This document shows, one piece after another, positions 1 through 8,221 of a DNA stretch of 24,176 nucleotides. Position numbers and translations under genes: made by a program. The stretch is taken from assembly GCA_964549075.1 (NCBI GenBank), contig CAZJUB010000035.1, positions 1 to 24,176 of the forward strand. The letters run 5' to 3'. How positions within the stretch are numbered: position 1 is the first letter of the stretch; each line of letters opens with the position of its first letter. The notes beneath the pieces were generated by a model that saw only the letters and a program-made list of their open reading frames with translations, had not been told where the DNA came from and did no database searches. This DNA comes from an uncultured archaeon. GTDB taxonomy: Archaea; Asgardarchaeota; Heimdallarchaeia; Heimdallarchaeales; Heimdallarchaeaceae.

Positions 1-17
1 AGCACTAAGACTTTCAT
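1..17 (-). CDS. Probable 5' end of a gene running off the window (MKVLVL..., typical first strand of a glycosyltransferase or NAD-dependent sugar epimerase)
   Basis: Minus strand reads ATG AAA GTC TTA GTG CT from position 17. A GAAAG-TTTTTAAA BRE/TATA-like element lies 23-30 bp upstream (47..40). It is collinear with the GT4 gene. Only 5-6 codons are visible. Confidence 0.4.
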
Positions 18-69
18 AAAGATAATAAAACGTCTATATTTTAAAAACTTTCATACTGAATTTGGCAAA

Positions 70-1317
70 TTATTGTTGATTGAATTTTTCCTTTATTATT
101 CTAGCATACTTCAAGGAAAGTTCATGTCTACTAAATTCTGCTAGTTTTGATCTATCACAACCATATTCTAACTTTCCACTTTTCCATTTAGAATAGAGTA
201 TCCAAACGATCTGAGAGATAATATCTCTATCTCCATCAACAAGGGTATATTTTTGATCTACTTTTTCACATAATTTAGTTATTGCTCCTTTTTCTCCAAC
301 TATCAAAATATGAGAATTACCTATCATATAATCATATAATTTGGTAAAAATCACATACTCATTTGATTTTGGTATAATTACAAAGTTGACATGTGACTTT
401 TGAATTTCTTCAACAATTTTTTTACCAGACAAATAACCTAAATCTTTGAAGAAAGGAACAAGATTTCCTTTTTCTAGATCTTTTTTTATAACAGAACGTG
501 ATGTAAGCCCAGCATATTCTAATCTGAAATCTTTTTCTTTAAGATTATGTTCATCTATCATTTTTCTGATTCCTAAAACCAATTCTTTGAAATATGGTTT
601 GTGCACTTTGTAATAATTTCCAAAAAAAGATACCGTAAATTTATCTTTCAACTTTACAGATTGCTTACTTGGAATGTTTTCCTCGAAAAATCCATTATTT
701 ATTATATAGTATGAATCTCTCTCTACTCCAGAACTTTTACTAAGCAAATCTGCGTATCCATTACCAACAGTCACATTCATAATTGCATGATTAGAGATTT
801 TGGTCTCAAGTTTCTTATGCCTTTTTCTAACACACAGACGCGGAAGTTTGAAAGTTGGATTATTTGTCCAAGGATCACGATAGTCTAAAATTAAAGGAAC
901 ATTATGTTTTTTTGATAATTTATATCCTACTACAGCTGAGGAGTAAGGTGGAACTGTTGCAAGTATTGCATCAATTTTTTGTGAACCAAAAATTTCATTC
1001 CCTTTCTTTACTGCTCTTGCAATCCATGTACAATATATATCTGGGAAAAAAAGAAACTTATCTAAATTTAATAATTCTAGACCTGCAAGAATTTTTGTCT
1101 TATAACCAATTTCTCTTATTTTAGATTCCTTAGCATAATAAACATTTTCAAGATTATAGCTCTTTTTTAATCTTTGAGATGAACTTATTTCTGAATTAGC
1201 TGTAAGTAATTCAATTCCAATTCCCTCTTTAATGAAAGTCCGAACTATACTTGAAGCTCGATATCCACCAACAGATTTATCTGGTGGGAAGAAATAAGAT
1301 ACAAATAGAATACGCAT
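70..1317 (-). CDS. GT-B fold glycosyltransferase, family 4-like
   Basis: N-terminal MRILFVSYFFPP..GG.R motif; DAILATVPPYS and PLILDYRDPW motifs typical of GT4 N-domains; C-terminal TKLYDYM..HILIVG donor-binding region and FSR..L...Y terminal helix. Confidence 0.88.
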   Translation of the reverse strand: MRILFVSYFFPPDKSVGGYRASSIVRTFIKEGIGIELLTANSEISSSQRLKKSYNLENVYYAKESKIREIGYKTKILAGLELLNLDKFLFFPDIYCTWIARAVKKGNEIFGSQKIDAILATVPPYSSAVVGYKLSKKHNVPLILDYRDPWTNNPTFKLPRLCVRKRHKKLETKISNHAIMNVTVGNGYADLLSKSSGVERDSYYIINNGFFEENIPSKQSVKLKDKFTVSFFGNYYKVHKPYFKELVLGIRKMIDEHNLKEKDFRLEYAGLTSRSVIKKDLEKGNLVPFFKDLGYLSGKKIVEEIQKSHVNFVIIPKSNEYVIFTKLYDYMIGNSHILIVGEKGAITKLCEKVDQKYTLVDGDRDIISQIVWILYSKWKSGKLEYGCDRSKLAEFSRHELSLKYARIIKEKFNQQ

Positions 1318-1320
1318 TGT

Positions 1321-2145
1321 TTAACCTTCTTTTCCTGATTTTAATTTTGTCTTGCTTATAGGTTTTCCAGGATTACCAACTATTACTGAATCAGCTGGTA
1401 CATCCCTAATAACTACAGAACCTATACCTATGAGAGAATTGTTTCCTATTTTTAGATTTTCTCTTATTGATACATTTGGGGAAACCCAGACATTATCACC
1501 AAGAGTTACACTCCCACTTATTTCTACACAGGCAATAATTAAACAATTTCGCCCTATCTTGACACCGTGAGCAATATGTACAAAATTGTCAATTTTTGTT
1601 CCTTCACCAATAATAGTTTCATCAAGGGCTGCTCTATCAATTACAACATTAGAACCTATTGTTACATTGTCTTCTATCTTCACTCCACCAATTTGCGGAA
1701 ATTCTACCCAGATACCATCAGTTTCATCTTTTACATAACCAAAACCAGGTTTTCCTATGACTGTGTTTGCATAGATTTTTACATTGTTTCCAATTATTGT
1801 GTTACCGCAAATAACAACGTTTTCATAGACTGTGACGTCTTTACCAAGTTTCACATTTTCCCCGATACTAGCAGTTGGATGGATGAAAGCTTCTTTTTTA
1901 TCACTTTGATTATTGATAATTTTCGCAAAAGTTAATCGAGGATTAACAGATATAATAAATTCCTCTTCGACATTAAGAAGTTCCTTTATTTCTTGTGTTG
2001 TGACAATAGTTATCCCCTTGATATTCCGTTCATGGTATATCTGAAGGAACTTTTGCACATAATCAGCAGATTTTAAGAAGGTTATACAACCATTTTCCAG
2101 CTGATCAAAAGATTTAGGATTCAGTTTCATCTTAACGCCTTTCAT
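1321..2145 (-). CDS. LpxD-like left-handed beta-helix (hexapeptide repeat) sugar-nucleotide N-acyltransferase
   Basis: LpxD-type N-domain (ITFL...NPRLTFAKI); hexapeptide repeats ([14 protein letters not shown]); [53 protein letters not shown]; C-terminal [15 protein letters not shown]. The 3-bp gap to the GT4 gene suggests an operon. Confidence 0.85.
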   Translation of the reverse strand: MKGVKMKLNPKSFDQLENGCITFLKSADYVQKFLQIYHERNIKGITIVTTQEIKELLNVEEEFIISVNPRLTFAKIINNQSDKKEAFIHPTASIGENVKLGKDVTVYENVVICGNTIIGNNVKIYANTVIGKPGFGYVKDETDGIWVEFPQIGGVKIEDNVTIGSNVVIDRAALDETIIGEGTKIDNFVHIAHGVKIGRNCLIIACVEISGSVTLGDNVWVSPNVSIRENLKIGNNSLIGIGSVVIRDVPADSVIVGNPGKPISKTKLKSGKEG

Positions 2146-2199
2146 ATTCTTTATGTCTTCTTTATACTTAAACTTTTATTGAAACAGTAAATCTACGAC

Positions 2200-3027
2200 A
2201 TGTTTAACATGATTATAAACATTAGTGAGGAGATTGATGCCAAATATTTTACTATTCCATTTGATGAATTAGTAGAAAAAAATCCTGAACTAGCGATATA
2301 CGCTCTGTCTGTGAATCCTGCAAAATTTGACTTAGGAAAACCAGAAGTATTGTCAAAAATCAATCAATGTCTCTTTAAAACCGTACTTGGTCTAGATTTA
2401 ACTGTTCCAAAGGAATACCTTATTCCAACTCTTGGTATCCGATATGCTTATTGTAATGCAGTTGTATTAAGAATTAAATCTCCTTATCCTTGCTTGGAGA
2501 TAGGAACAGGAGCTAGTGCAGCTATTTCGATGATATTAGCAAAGAAATATCAGAAACAAGTAATAGCTACTGAAGTCAATGCAAAATCGTTTATATCAGC
2601 TCAGAATAATATTGAAAAGAATGATTTGGTTTCAAATATAAAATTACTTAGATCAGAAGGAGAGTTAGTAAAGGATTTGATACCAAAAGGAAAATATTCA
2701 GCACTTTTTTGTTATCCTCCTCTATATGAAAAAGATTTAACCAGACTTGAGAAAAAAAGAGGATGGAAGGGAACCTATGATGAGCTTATTGGTGGAGGTA
2801 AAGATGGGATGAATTTTATCAACAAGTTGATTGAAGAGCTCTTATCTCCAAGCGGAATAGTAATCGAATTAGCTACACTTCTATTAAGTAGTAAAAAACT
2901 TCTATTAAAAACTATGGAATTATTACCAAAATCTGCAAAAACGGAAGCAATACAATTAAACGCAGGAACAAGAAAAAGATTCATTCTGATTTTTCGTCCT
3001 TCTGATTTAATTTCTAGTTCTATATAG
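2200..3027 (+). CDS. RlmF/METTL16-related SAM-dependent methyltransferase
   Basis: N-terminal FD...P.....IN..LFK...GL....P..YLIPT...R..Y resembles RlmF/METTL16. Motif I LEIGTGASA, ATEVN, motif IV-like CYPPLY, and EL.GGG.DG..FI.KLIEE. The 3' end overlaps the convergent gene by 21 bp. Confidence 0.8.
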   Translation: MFNMIINISEEIDAKYFTIPFDELVEKNPELAIYALSVNPAKFDLGKPEVLSKINQCLFKTVLGLDLTVPKEYLIPTLGIRYAYCNAVVLRIKSPYPCLEIGTGASAAISMILAKKYQKQVIATEVNAKSFISAQNNIEKNDLVSNIKLLRSEGELVKDLIPKGKYSALFCYPPLYEKDLTRLEKKRGWKGTYDELIGGGKDGMNFINKLIEELLSPSGIVIELATLLLSSKKLLLKTMELLPKSAKTEAIQLNAGTRKRFILIFRPSDLISSSI

Positions 3028-4245
3028 AAGCATATGTAATAGAGAAAATAGCAAAGATGAGTAAAGAATAAGTATGATAATCCAAGCAGCGATATAAGAG
3101 AAAATATTCGTACCTGTGTAGGTTAAGATATAATCAGTTGCAAAACCTCCAAGTATCGAACTGAGAAAAAGTATCACATAGACAAAATTAGAAGTGGTTT
3201 TTTGAAAAATCATAACAAAAATGAAAGGATAAATGATTACGAAGTAAGAAAATTGAATTTTGGGGAAGAATATAAGGAATGGAACTAGGAGTACTATAGT
3301 CTTTTCAAGAAACCAAGTATTTCTAGTGAGTATGATAATTGTACTTATAACTCCTATAAACATAATAGTTAGAGTAAGAAATTCAAAGGTACTTCCCAGA
3401 GTCAGTCCAGATTGAGAGAAATGTGCATCTAAAGCTGCTAGACCTTGATTTCTCGCATTATCTTCAACATAATTAAATTGATTTGAAAAAGCTTCAGGAG
3501 CGATTAAATAAAACGGGAGATATGAAGCAGTGGTACCTATGAGAAAAAGGATTATTTGTATTAAACTACTTTTTAGATTATGATTATACACGAAAAATAA
3601 AGGTAAGATGAGAACAGGAAAATATTTCAATCCTGTTCCGACAATTAGTGATAATGTTGCTAAATAATATTTTTCTTTCTCTAATAAATAAATTGGGAGA
3701 ATGATAAGCAGAGGTATGATACACTCATCTGTTCCCCAAAATGAGACTAAGTAGAGAAAGTAAGGATTGATTGAATAACTTAGAGAAATCCAAAATGCTT
3801 TTTTTATTCCTTTTTTTTCAAGTATTTTGTACAATAACACAGCAGATAAAATTAAGCAAAAGACAAAGAAAGCTCTAAAAACATACGAAGAAAATAACAT
3901 ACTCGAAGAATCCAAATATGTTATATAGGTCAAATATTCTGTAGAAAAATTCCATGTAAAAAGCATCGAAAAAAGAACTATAGGAACCCAAAGATAAGGA
4001 CTAAGTGGTGCTGCATGAGTATAGAAATCTCTATATGGTACATCACCTCTTATAATTCCAATTCCTCTGTTGAAAAAAACAAGTTGATCAGATATAAAGA
4101 TACTAAATTGTGTATCTAAATAGTATATTACAAAACCATGAACGACTAGAACACAAGCATAGATAATTATTGATAGCCCTATTAATCTAGATAAATAACT
4201 TGGTTTATTTTTTTCTATTTCAAGTACTTCTTGATGTTCATCCAT
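3007..4245 (-). CDS. Polytopic GT-C membrane glycosyltransferase (GT87/DUF2029, PIG-M-like)
   Basis: About 10-11 hydrophobic segments; first-loop SD..VF...G..I.RG.VPYRDF...APL motif; NPY...VSFWGTDE; G.GLKYFP..ILP. Confidence 0.72.
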   Translation of the reverse strand: MDEHQEVLEIEKNKPSYLSRLIGLSIIIYACVLVVHGFVIYYLDTQFSIFISDQLVFFNRGIGIIRGDVPYRDFYTHAAPLSPYLWVPIVLFSMLFTWNFSTEYLTYITYLDSSSMLFSSYVFRAFFVFCLILSAVLLYKILEKKGIKKAFWISLSYSINPYFLYLVSFWGTDECIIPLLIILPIYLLEKEKYYLATLSLIVGTGLKYFPVLILPLFFVYNHNLKSSLIQIILFLIGTTASYLPFYLIAPEAFSNQFNYVEDNARNQGLAALDAHFSQSGLTLGSTFEFLTLTIMFIGVISTIIILTRNTWFLEKTIVLLVPFLIFFPKIQFSYFVIIYPFIFVMIFQKTTSNFVYVILFLSSILGGFATDYILTYTGTNIFSYIAAWIIILILYSSLLFSLLHMLLYRTRN

Positions 4246-4277
4246 CAGATTTTCTCCATTAGTTTATGTCGAAAAAC

Positions 4278-4292
4278 TCAAAAGCTTTTAAT
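4278..4292 (+). promoter_or_regulatory. Candidate archaeal BRE-TATA promoter of the MFS gene (likely leaderless transcript)
   Basis: TCAAAAGC-TTTTAAT with the T/A box 22-28 bp upstream of ATG 4314. The same AAAAGCTTT core occurs upstream of the DNA MTase. Confidence 0.5.
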
Positions 4293-4313
4293 TCCTAAAC
4301 ATATTGTTGCTTT

Positions 4314-6266
4314 ATGAGTTCCAAAGATAAATTTCGAAATCTCCGTTCTAGTTTTCCAAAATGGGCTCCTCTTATAAGTACTTTACTATTAACTGGGATT
4401 ACTTATGGTGTCCAGCGTACTTCTTTAGCTTTATACGCTGACACATTAACTGGTACTAATATTATAAATCCATTAATTTTCTTACAGATAGCATCTACTA
4501 TCAGTGCATATGGTTTATTTAAAGGAATAGCTGGTTTTTTCAGTTCACGTATAAGTTCTAAATTAAAGCGTAGAAACACAATGAGAATTGGATTATCCGC
4601 ACTTGTTTTAGGTTCTATCTCTATAGTTTTAGCAGAGTATATCGGTCTTCCTGGACTTATAATTGGTAATGCATTCATAGGTGGGGGATTAGGATTATTC
4701 TTTACCACATCAATGTCTGCTTTAACAGAAATTGCTGGATCTGAAGGGAGTGCTTTTTCTGTTGGATCAATGGAGTTTTCTGTTTACTTTGGTTCAAGTA
4801 TAGGTGCATTTTTTGCAGGTATTATCCAAAATAAAGAAACTAATAATTACACTGCAAGTTTTATTTTTGCTCTAGTTATGGCAGGTATAGCAGTAATTAT
4901 AGGCTTTTTCTTACTTAGAAAAGTTGAAACCAAAGAATTGGTAGAAGGAACAAAAGAGGAGATATTACTAGATTCAACCAAAGTAGAGACTAGATGGAGT
5001 TTAAAAAATATTTTTAGAACTCCAACATTGATACTTTCCTACTTAGCAGGACATTTTTCTAGAGTAATGGATAGCATTGTCGTTCTTCTAATTCCTATTC
5101 TCATAGGTCCTCAGGGATATAATTTTACTCCTGTACGAATAGGACTAGTTACCTCAGGTTTCACTCTTGCTTGGTCTCTTTCAATGCCTTTTACTGGGAG
5201 ATGGAGTGATAAATTAGGGAGAAAAGAATTGATAATTATTGGATTACTTATTGAAGGAATAGCAATTGCATTAATTACTATTACGACTGATCCGTTCTTT
5301 GTTATTCTTCTAGCAATAATTGCAGGATTTGGTACTGCAATATATTATCCTAGTCTTCCTGCCATTACCCGAGATGTTGTTCCAATTATCAAAAGAGAGC
5401 AGAGTATAGGACTCTATCGTGCATCAATGGATTCGGGATATTTTACAGGTCCATTAATTGCTATGGGATTAACATTTGCTGCTACAAATCTTTCTATATG
5501 GAAAGATACAAGCATCAATCTGGTGAACCAGTTAAGATTCCCACTATTGGTTGTAGGTTTTGTAATGGTAGTTCTTGCTATTTCTTTTGTTTTCTTAGGA
5601 ATGGAAACAAGACCGGGGTGGGTTCAAGCAAGTATATCCTTAAAACACAGTAAAAAAGTACAGGAATTTTATTTAAAACTTAAAGACACTTTGCAAGCTT
5701 ATATCGAGAGTGAAAGCATAAAGAAGTATATGAAGTTATTAGAAGAGGCTAAAAGCATTGAAAAAGAAGCAGATGAACTTGTTGTGAAAGTTACACAAGC
5801 TCTTTATGGAAAAGTAAGACCAGCGCCAGATGATTATCATTTTTATAAAATAACTGAGATTCTAGATTCTTCAATTGGATATTGCTTAAGATCAGTTAGA
5901 AAACTTATTCTCATCCCAAGAGATAAAGTGCATCAATCGTTTATTGATTATCTTAAAAAAGAAAAGGATTTGTTACTAAAACATATTTCTAAAACTGTTG
6001 AAGCATTAGAAGTAGTATGTATTCAACCACTTTCAACACATCCAATTTTCGAAGAAGTTCACAAATATGAGAACAAACTAGATATCAATTGCCAAGAAGG
6101 TTTAACTCAGGCTACTAAACATCTCCGAGAGTTGAATCCAGTTGAAGTATTGTATACTATTCAGATTATTGAATCACTAGAAGTAGCAGCTAATTTAATA
6201 GAAGATTCAGTGGATATTATGAAAATAATAGGTTTAAAATATCAAGTAAGACCACAAAAAAAATAG
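4314..6266 (+). CDS. MFS transporter fused to a C-terminal DUF47/PhoU-divergent phosphate-transport-regulator-like domain
   Basis: aa 1-~430 has about 12 TM segments, MFS motif A (GRWSDKLGRK) and ends in ETRP. aa ~440-650 is a soluble helical domain with duplicated DUF47-like motifs IEKEADEL / YENKLD, KITEILD and IESLEVAANLIEDSVD. Confidence 0.85.
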   Translation: MSSKDKFRNLRSSFPKWAPLISTLLLTGITYGVQRTSLALYADTLTGTNIINPLIFLQIASTISAYGLFKGIAGFFSSRISSKLKRRNTMRIGLSALVLGSISIVLAEYIGLPGLIIGNAFIGGGLGLFFTTSMSALTEIAGSEGSAFSVGSMEFSVYFGSSIGAFFAGIIQNKETNNYTASFIFALVMAGIAVIIGFFLLRKVETKELVEGTKEEILLDSTKVETRWSLKNIFRTPTLILSYLAGHFSRVMDSIVVLLIPILIGPQGYNFTPVRIGLVTSGFTLAWSLSMPFTGRWSDKLGRKELIIIGLLIEGIAIALITITTDPFFVILLAIIAGFGTAIYYPSLPAITRDVVPIIKREQSIGLYRASMDSGYFTGPLIAMGLTFAATNLSIWKDTSINLVNQLRFPLLVVGFVMVVLAISFVFLGMETRPGWVQASISLKHSKKVQEFYLKLKDTLQAYIESESIKKYMKLLEEAKSIEKEADELVVKVTQALYGKVRPAPDDYHFYKITEILDSSIGYCLRSVRKLILIPRDKVHQSFIDYLKKEKDLLLKHISKTVEALEVVCIQPLSTHPIFEEVHKYENKLDINCQEGLTQATKHLRELNPVEVLYTIQIIESLEVAANLIEDSVDIMKIIGLKYQVRPQKK

Positions 6267-6274
6267 AAACTTAA

Positions 6275-6313
6275 TTTAGTTAAACTAAAAAAGGAGTGTA
6301 TAATTATATACTC
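6275..6313. promoter_or_regulatory. Two adjacent palindromes (candidate operators) upstream of the metalloprotease gene
   Basis: TTTAGTT-A-AACTAAA (6275-6289, perfect 7-1-7) and GAGTGTATAATTATATACTC (6294-6313, 9 of 10 pairs), the second ending directly before ATG 6314. Confidence 0.4.
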
Positions 6314-8203
6314 ATGAAGAGAAAACAAGTTCTTTTTCTCACAATAATTATTTCCCTTAATCTATTATTATTCCCTGCGATAAATCATGGGGCTTACTTA
6401 GGGAGAGTAACAGCTTCAAGTAGTTTAGCTGATTTTGGTTTGGACACGGATATTACTCTTAAATTTGAATTTGTAGGCTTTGATCAAAGTTTGACAAATG
6501 AATCAGCAATCAAAGAAAAGCTCTATCATTATTTCTTTTTTGGTAATCCAACTATTGGTGAATCTATTTTCAATATTTCTTTAGTATTCAATTATGCTAC
6601 CCAGTCAGAATATGACGATTTCATAGATTATATCGAAACTAACGCTGAAATTGGAACTGGTGTTGGTTATGATATTAATAGAACCCAACTTGAAAATGAT
6701 ATAGCGACTGGACAAAGGAATGATATTCTTATCCCACATGATGGTCTTTTGATGGAAGCTGAATTAACAGAGACTTATATTTTCAATAATTTATACAGCG
6801 AAGACATTTTAAATCCTGGTTATACCATGTATTTTTTGAATTTTTCAACTTTTGATTCTGAAGATCATAGTTTAGAGCATTGGTACAAATATGAAGCTAT
6901 GGATTTTGATACAAACGAATCAGTTGCTTCTTGGTTCTCAGGTTACAACAGTTTTCCATATGTTCCGACTCTTGGTTGGGGTGGAAACCATCGCTTTTGT
7001 TACTTGGATTTATCTGCAAGAACCTGGTATTATGACTGGGTAGAAATTGCTTGGGGAGGATATTTTGGTGGATTGGGTGATTACAGTTATTATAACTATA
7101 AAGATCTTGATGAACTAACCCAAATCTGCGATATTTATACAGAACAGGGAAATGCAAATTATACAAGTTATTTAGCAGATTATATTCAATCATATATCTC
7201 TAATATCTTCTGTGGATATTATTATCAAACACCTATAGTAGAATCATATTCGCTGCAAGTCAAGGTTTTCAATAATTTAACGAATATAGGTTACTCATCA
7301 GATGATGTGAAGTGGGTAATTTCTAAAACTAGAATTAAAAATCAACTTGAAGCTGATTTTCCATGGATCGAGTGGAAAATTGATGTAGAATTCGTAAATA
7401 TTCAAGATTATCCTGTTATATACAATTATATTGCTGAAAATGTTCAATATGACGTAAATGGCCCTTATGTTGAAATAATGAATGGATTGTTTTATTTATT
7501 AGCTGATCAGCTTCATAGTCACTTTGATTATGACGCAGCAGAAACAATTCTCCCATGCTATTTTTTCATCACTGATGGTTTAGGATTTCAATATGGTGGA
7601 GTTCCTTTTGCTGGTTTAGGGGGAATGGGATGGGAAATTCTTGTGTCTACTCAGTATTCGATGTTCTCTAATGGTGACGCTAATTTTCCTAGAGCAGGAA
7701 TGTCTGCAACTACAATACATGAACTAGGGCATAGTCTTGGATTTCCGCACCCTCATAGTGCAGAAACAGGTTGGGGTTCTTCATTTATTGAAGATGTAAT
7801 GAATTATTTTTCCCGTGGAGAAGAAAGTTTCAGTAGTTTTTATATTGATGCTCTTGCTAGATCTCATGCAAACTACTTTTATAGCTATACTAGTCTTCAA
7901 CAGGATTTTGCATATAGTGATTTTGAAGATGCAGGGTCACCTGATTATTTGGTATCTTATCTAAATGATATAGGTGTTTTACTTCTTCAAGCTGCAGAAC
8001 AGTATAGTAATATGAATTATATTCTTTCTATTGCTTCCTCCAAAGCAGCTATAACTGCAATTGATACGTTCTATTTTGCACTTGATAATCCTGAAACAAC
8101 TACTACTCCTACTTTAGAAGAATCATCAGTATATGTTATTTTCACCTTGATGGCTATTACCGTGTTATCCTCTTTTAATATTATAAATAGAAAAAGGAAG
8201 TAA
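6314..8203 (+). CDS. Secreted, C-terminally membrane-anchored metzincin-type zinc metalloprotease
   Basis: Signal peptide MKRKQVLFLTIIISLNLLLFP (ATG 6314 preferred to GTG 6296); HELGHSLGFPH = HEXXHXXGXXH; downstream Met-turn DVMNY; Thr-rich linker PETTTTPT, TM helix and basic tail NRKRK. Confidence 0.82.
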   Translation: MKRKQVLFLTIIISLNLLLFPAINHGAYLGRVTASSSLADFGLDTDITLKFEFVGFDQSLTNESAIKEKLYHYFFFGNPTIGESIFNISLVFNYATQSEYDDFIDYIETNAEIGTGVGYDINRTQLENDIATGQRNDILIPHDGLLMEAELTETYIFNNLYSEDILNPGYTMYFLNFSTFDSEDHSLEHWYKYEAMDFDTNESVASWFSGYNSFPYVPTLGWGGNHRFCYLDLSARTWYYDWVEIAWGGYFGGLGDYSYYNYKDLDELTQICDIYTEQGNANYTSYLADYIQSYISNIFCGYYYQTPIVESYSLQVKVFNNLTNIGYSSDDVKWVISKTRIKNQLEADFPWIEWKIDVEFVNIQDYPVIYNYIAENVQYDVNGPYVEIMNGLFYLLADQLHSHFDYDAAETILPCYFFITDGLGFQYGGVPFAGLGGMGWEILVSTQYSMFSNGDANFPRAGMSATTIHELGHSLGFPHPHSAETGWGSSFIEDVMNYFSRGEESFSSFYIDALARSHANYFYSYTSLQQDFAYSDFEDAGSPDYLVSYLNDIGVLLLQAAEQYSNMNYILSIASSKAAITAIDTFYFALDNPETTTTPTLEESSVYVIFTLMAITVLSSFNIINRKRK

Positions 8204-8221
8204 TTCGTACTTTCTACTTTT

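Noticed and set aside
855-1935. Short + strand ORFs 855-1124, 1352-1570 and 1567-1935
   Set aside because: Antisense shadows of the well-supported GT4 and LpxD-like genes, with no recognisable motifs.
1321-2145. Assigning the gene symbol lpxD or inferring lipid A synthesis
   Set aside because: It lacks the C-terminal helical domain, the context is archaeal and no other lpx genes are present.
2775-7193. Short - strand ORFs 2775-2984, 4403-4708 and 6897-7193
   Set aside because: Fully nested antisense to the methyltransferase, MFS and protease genes.
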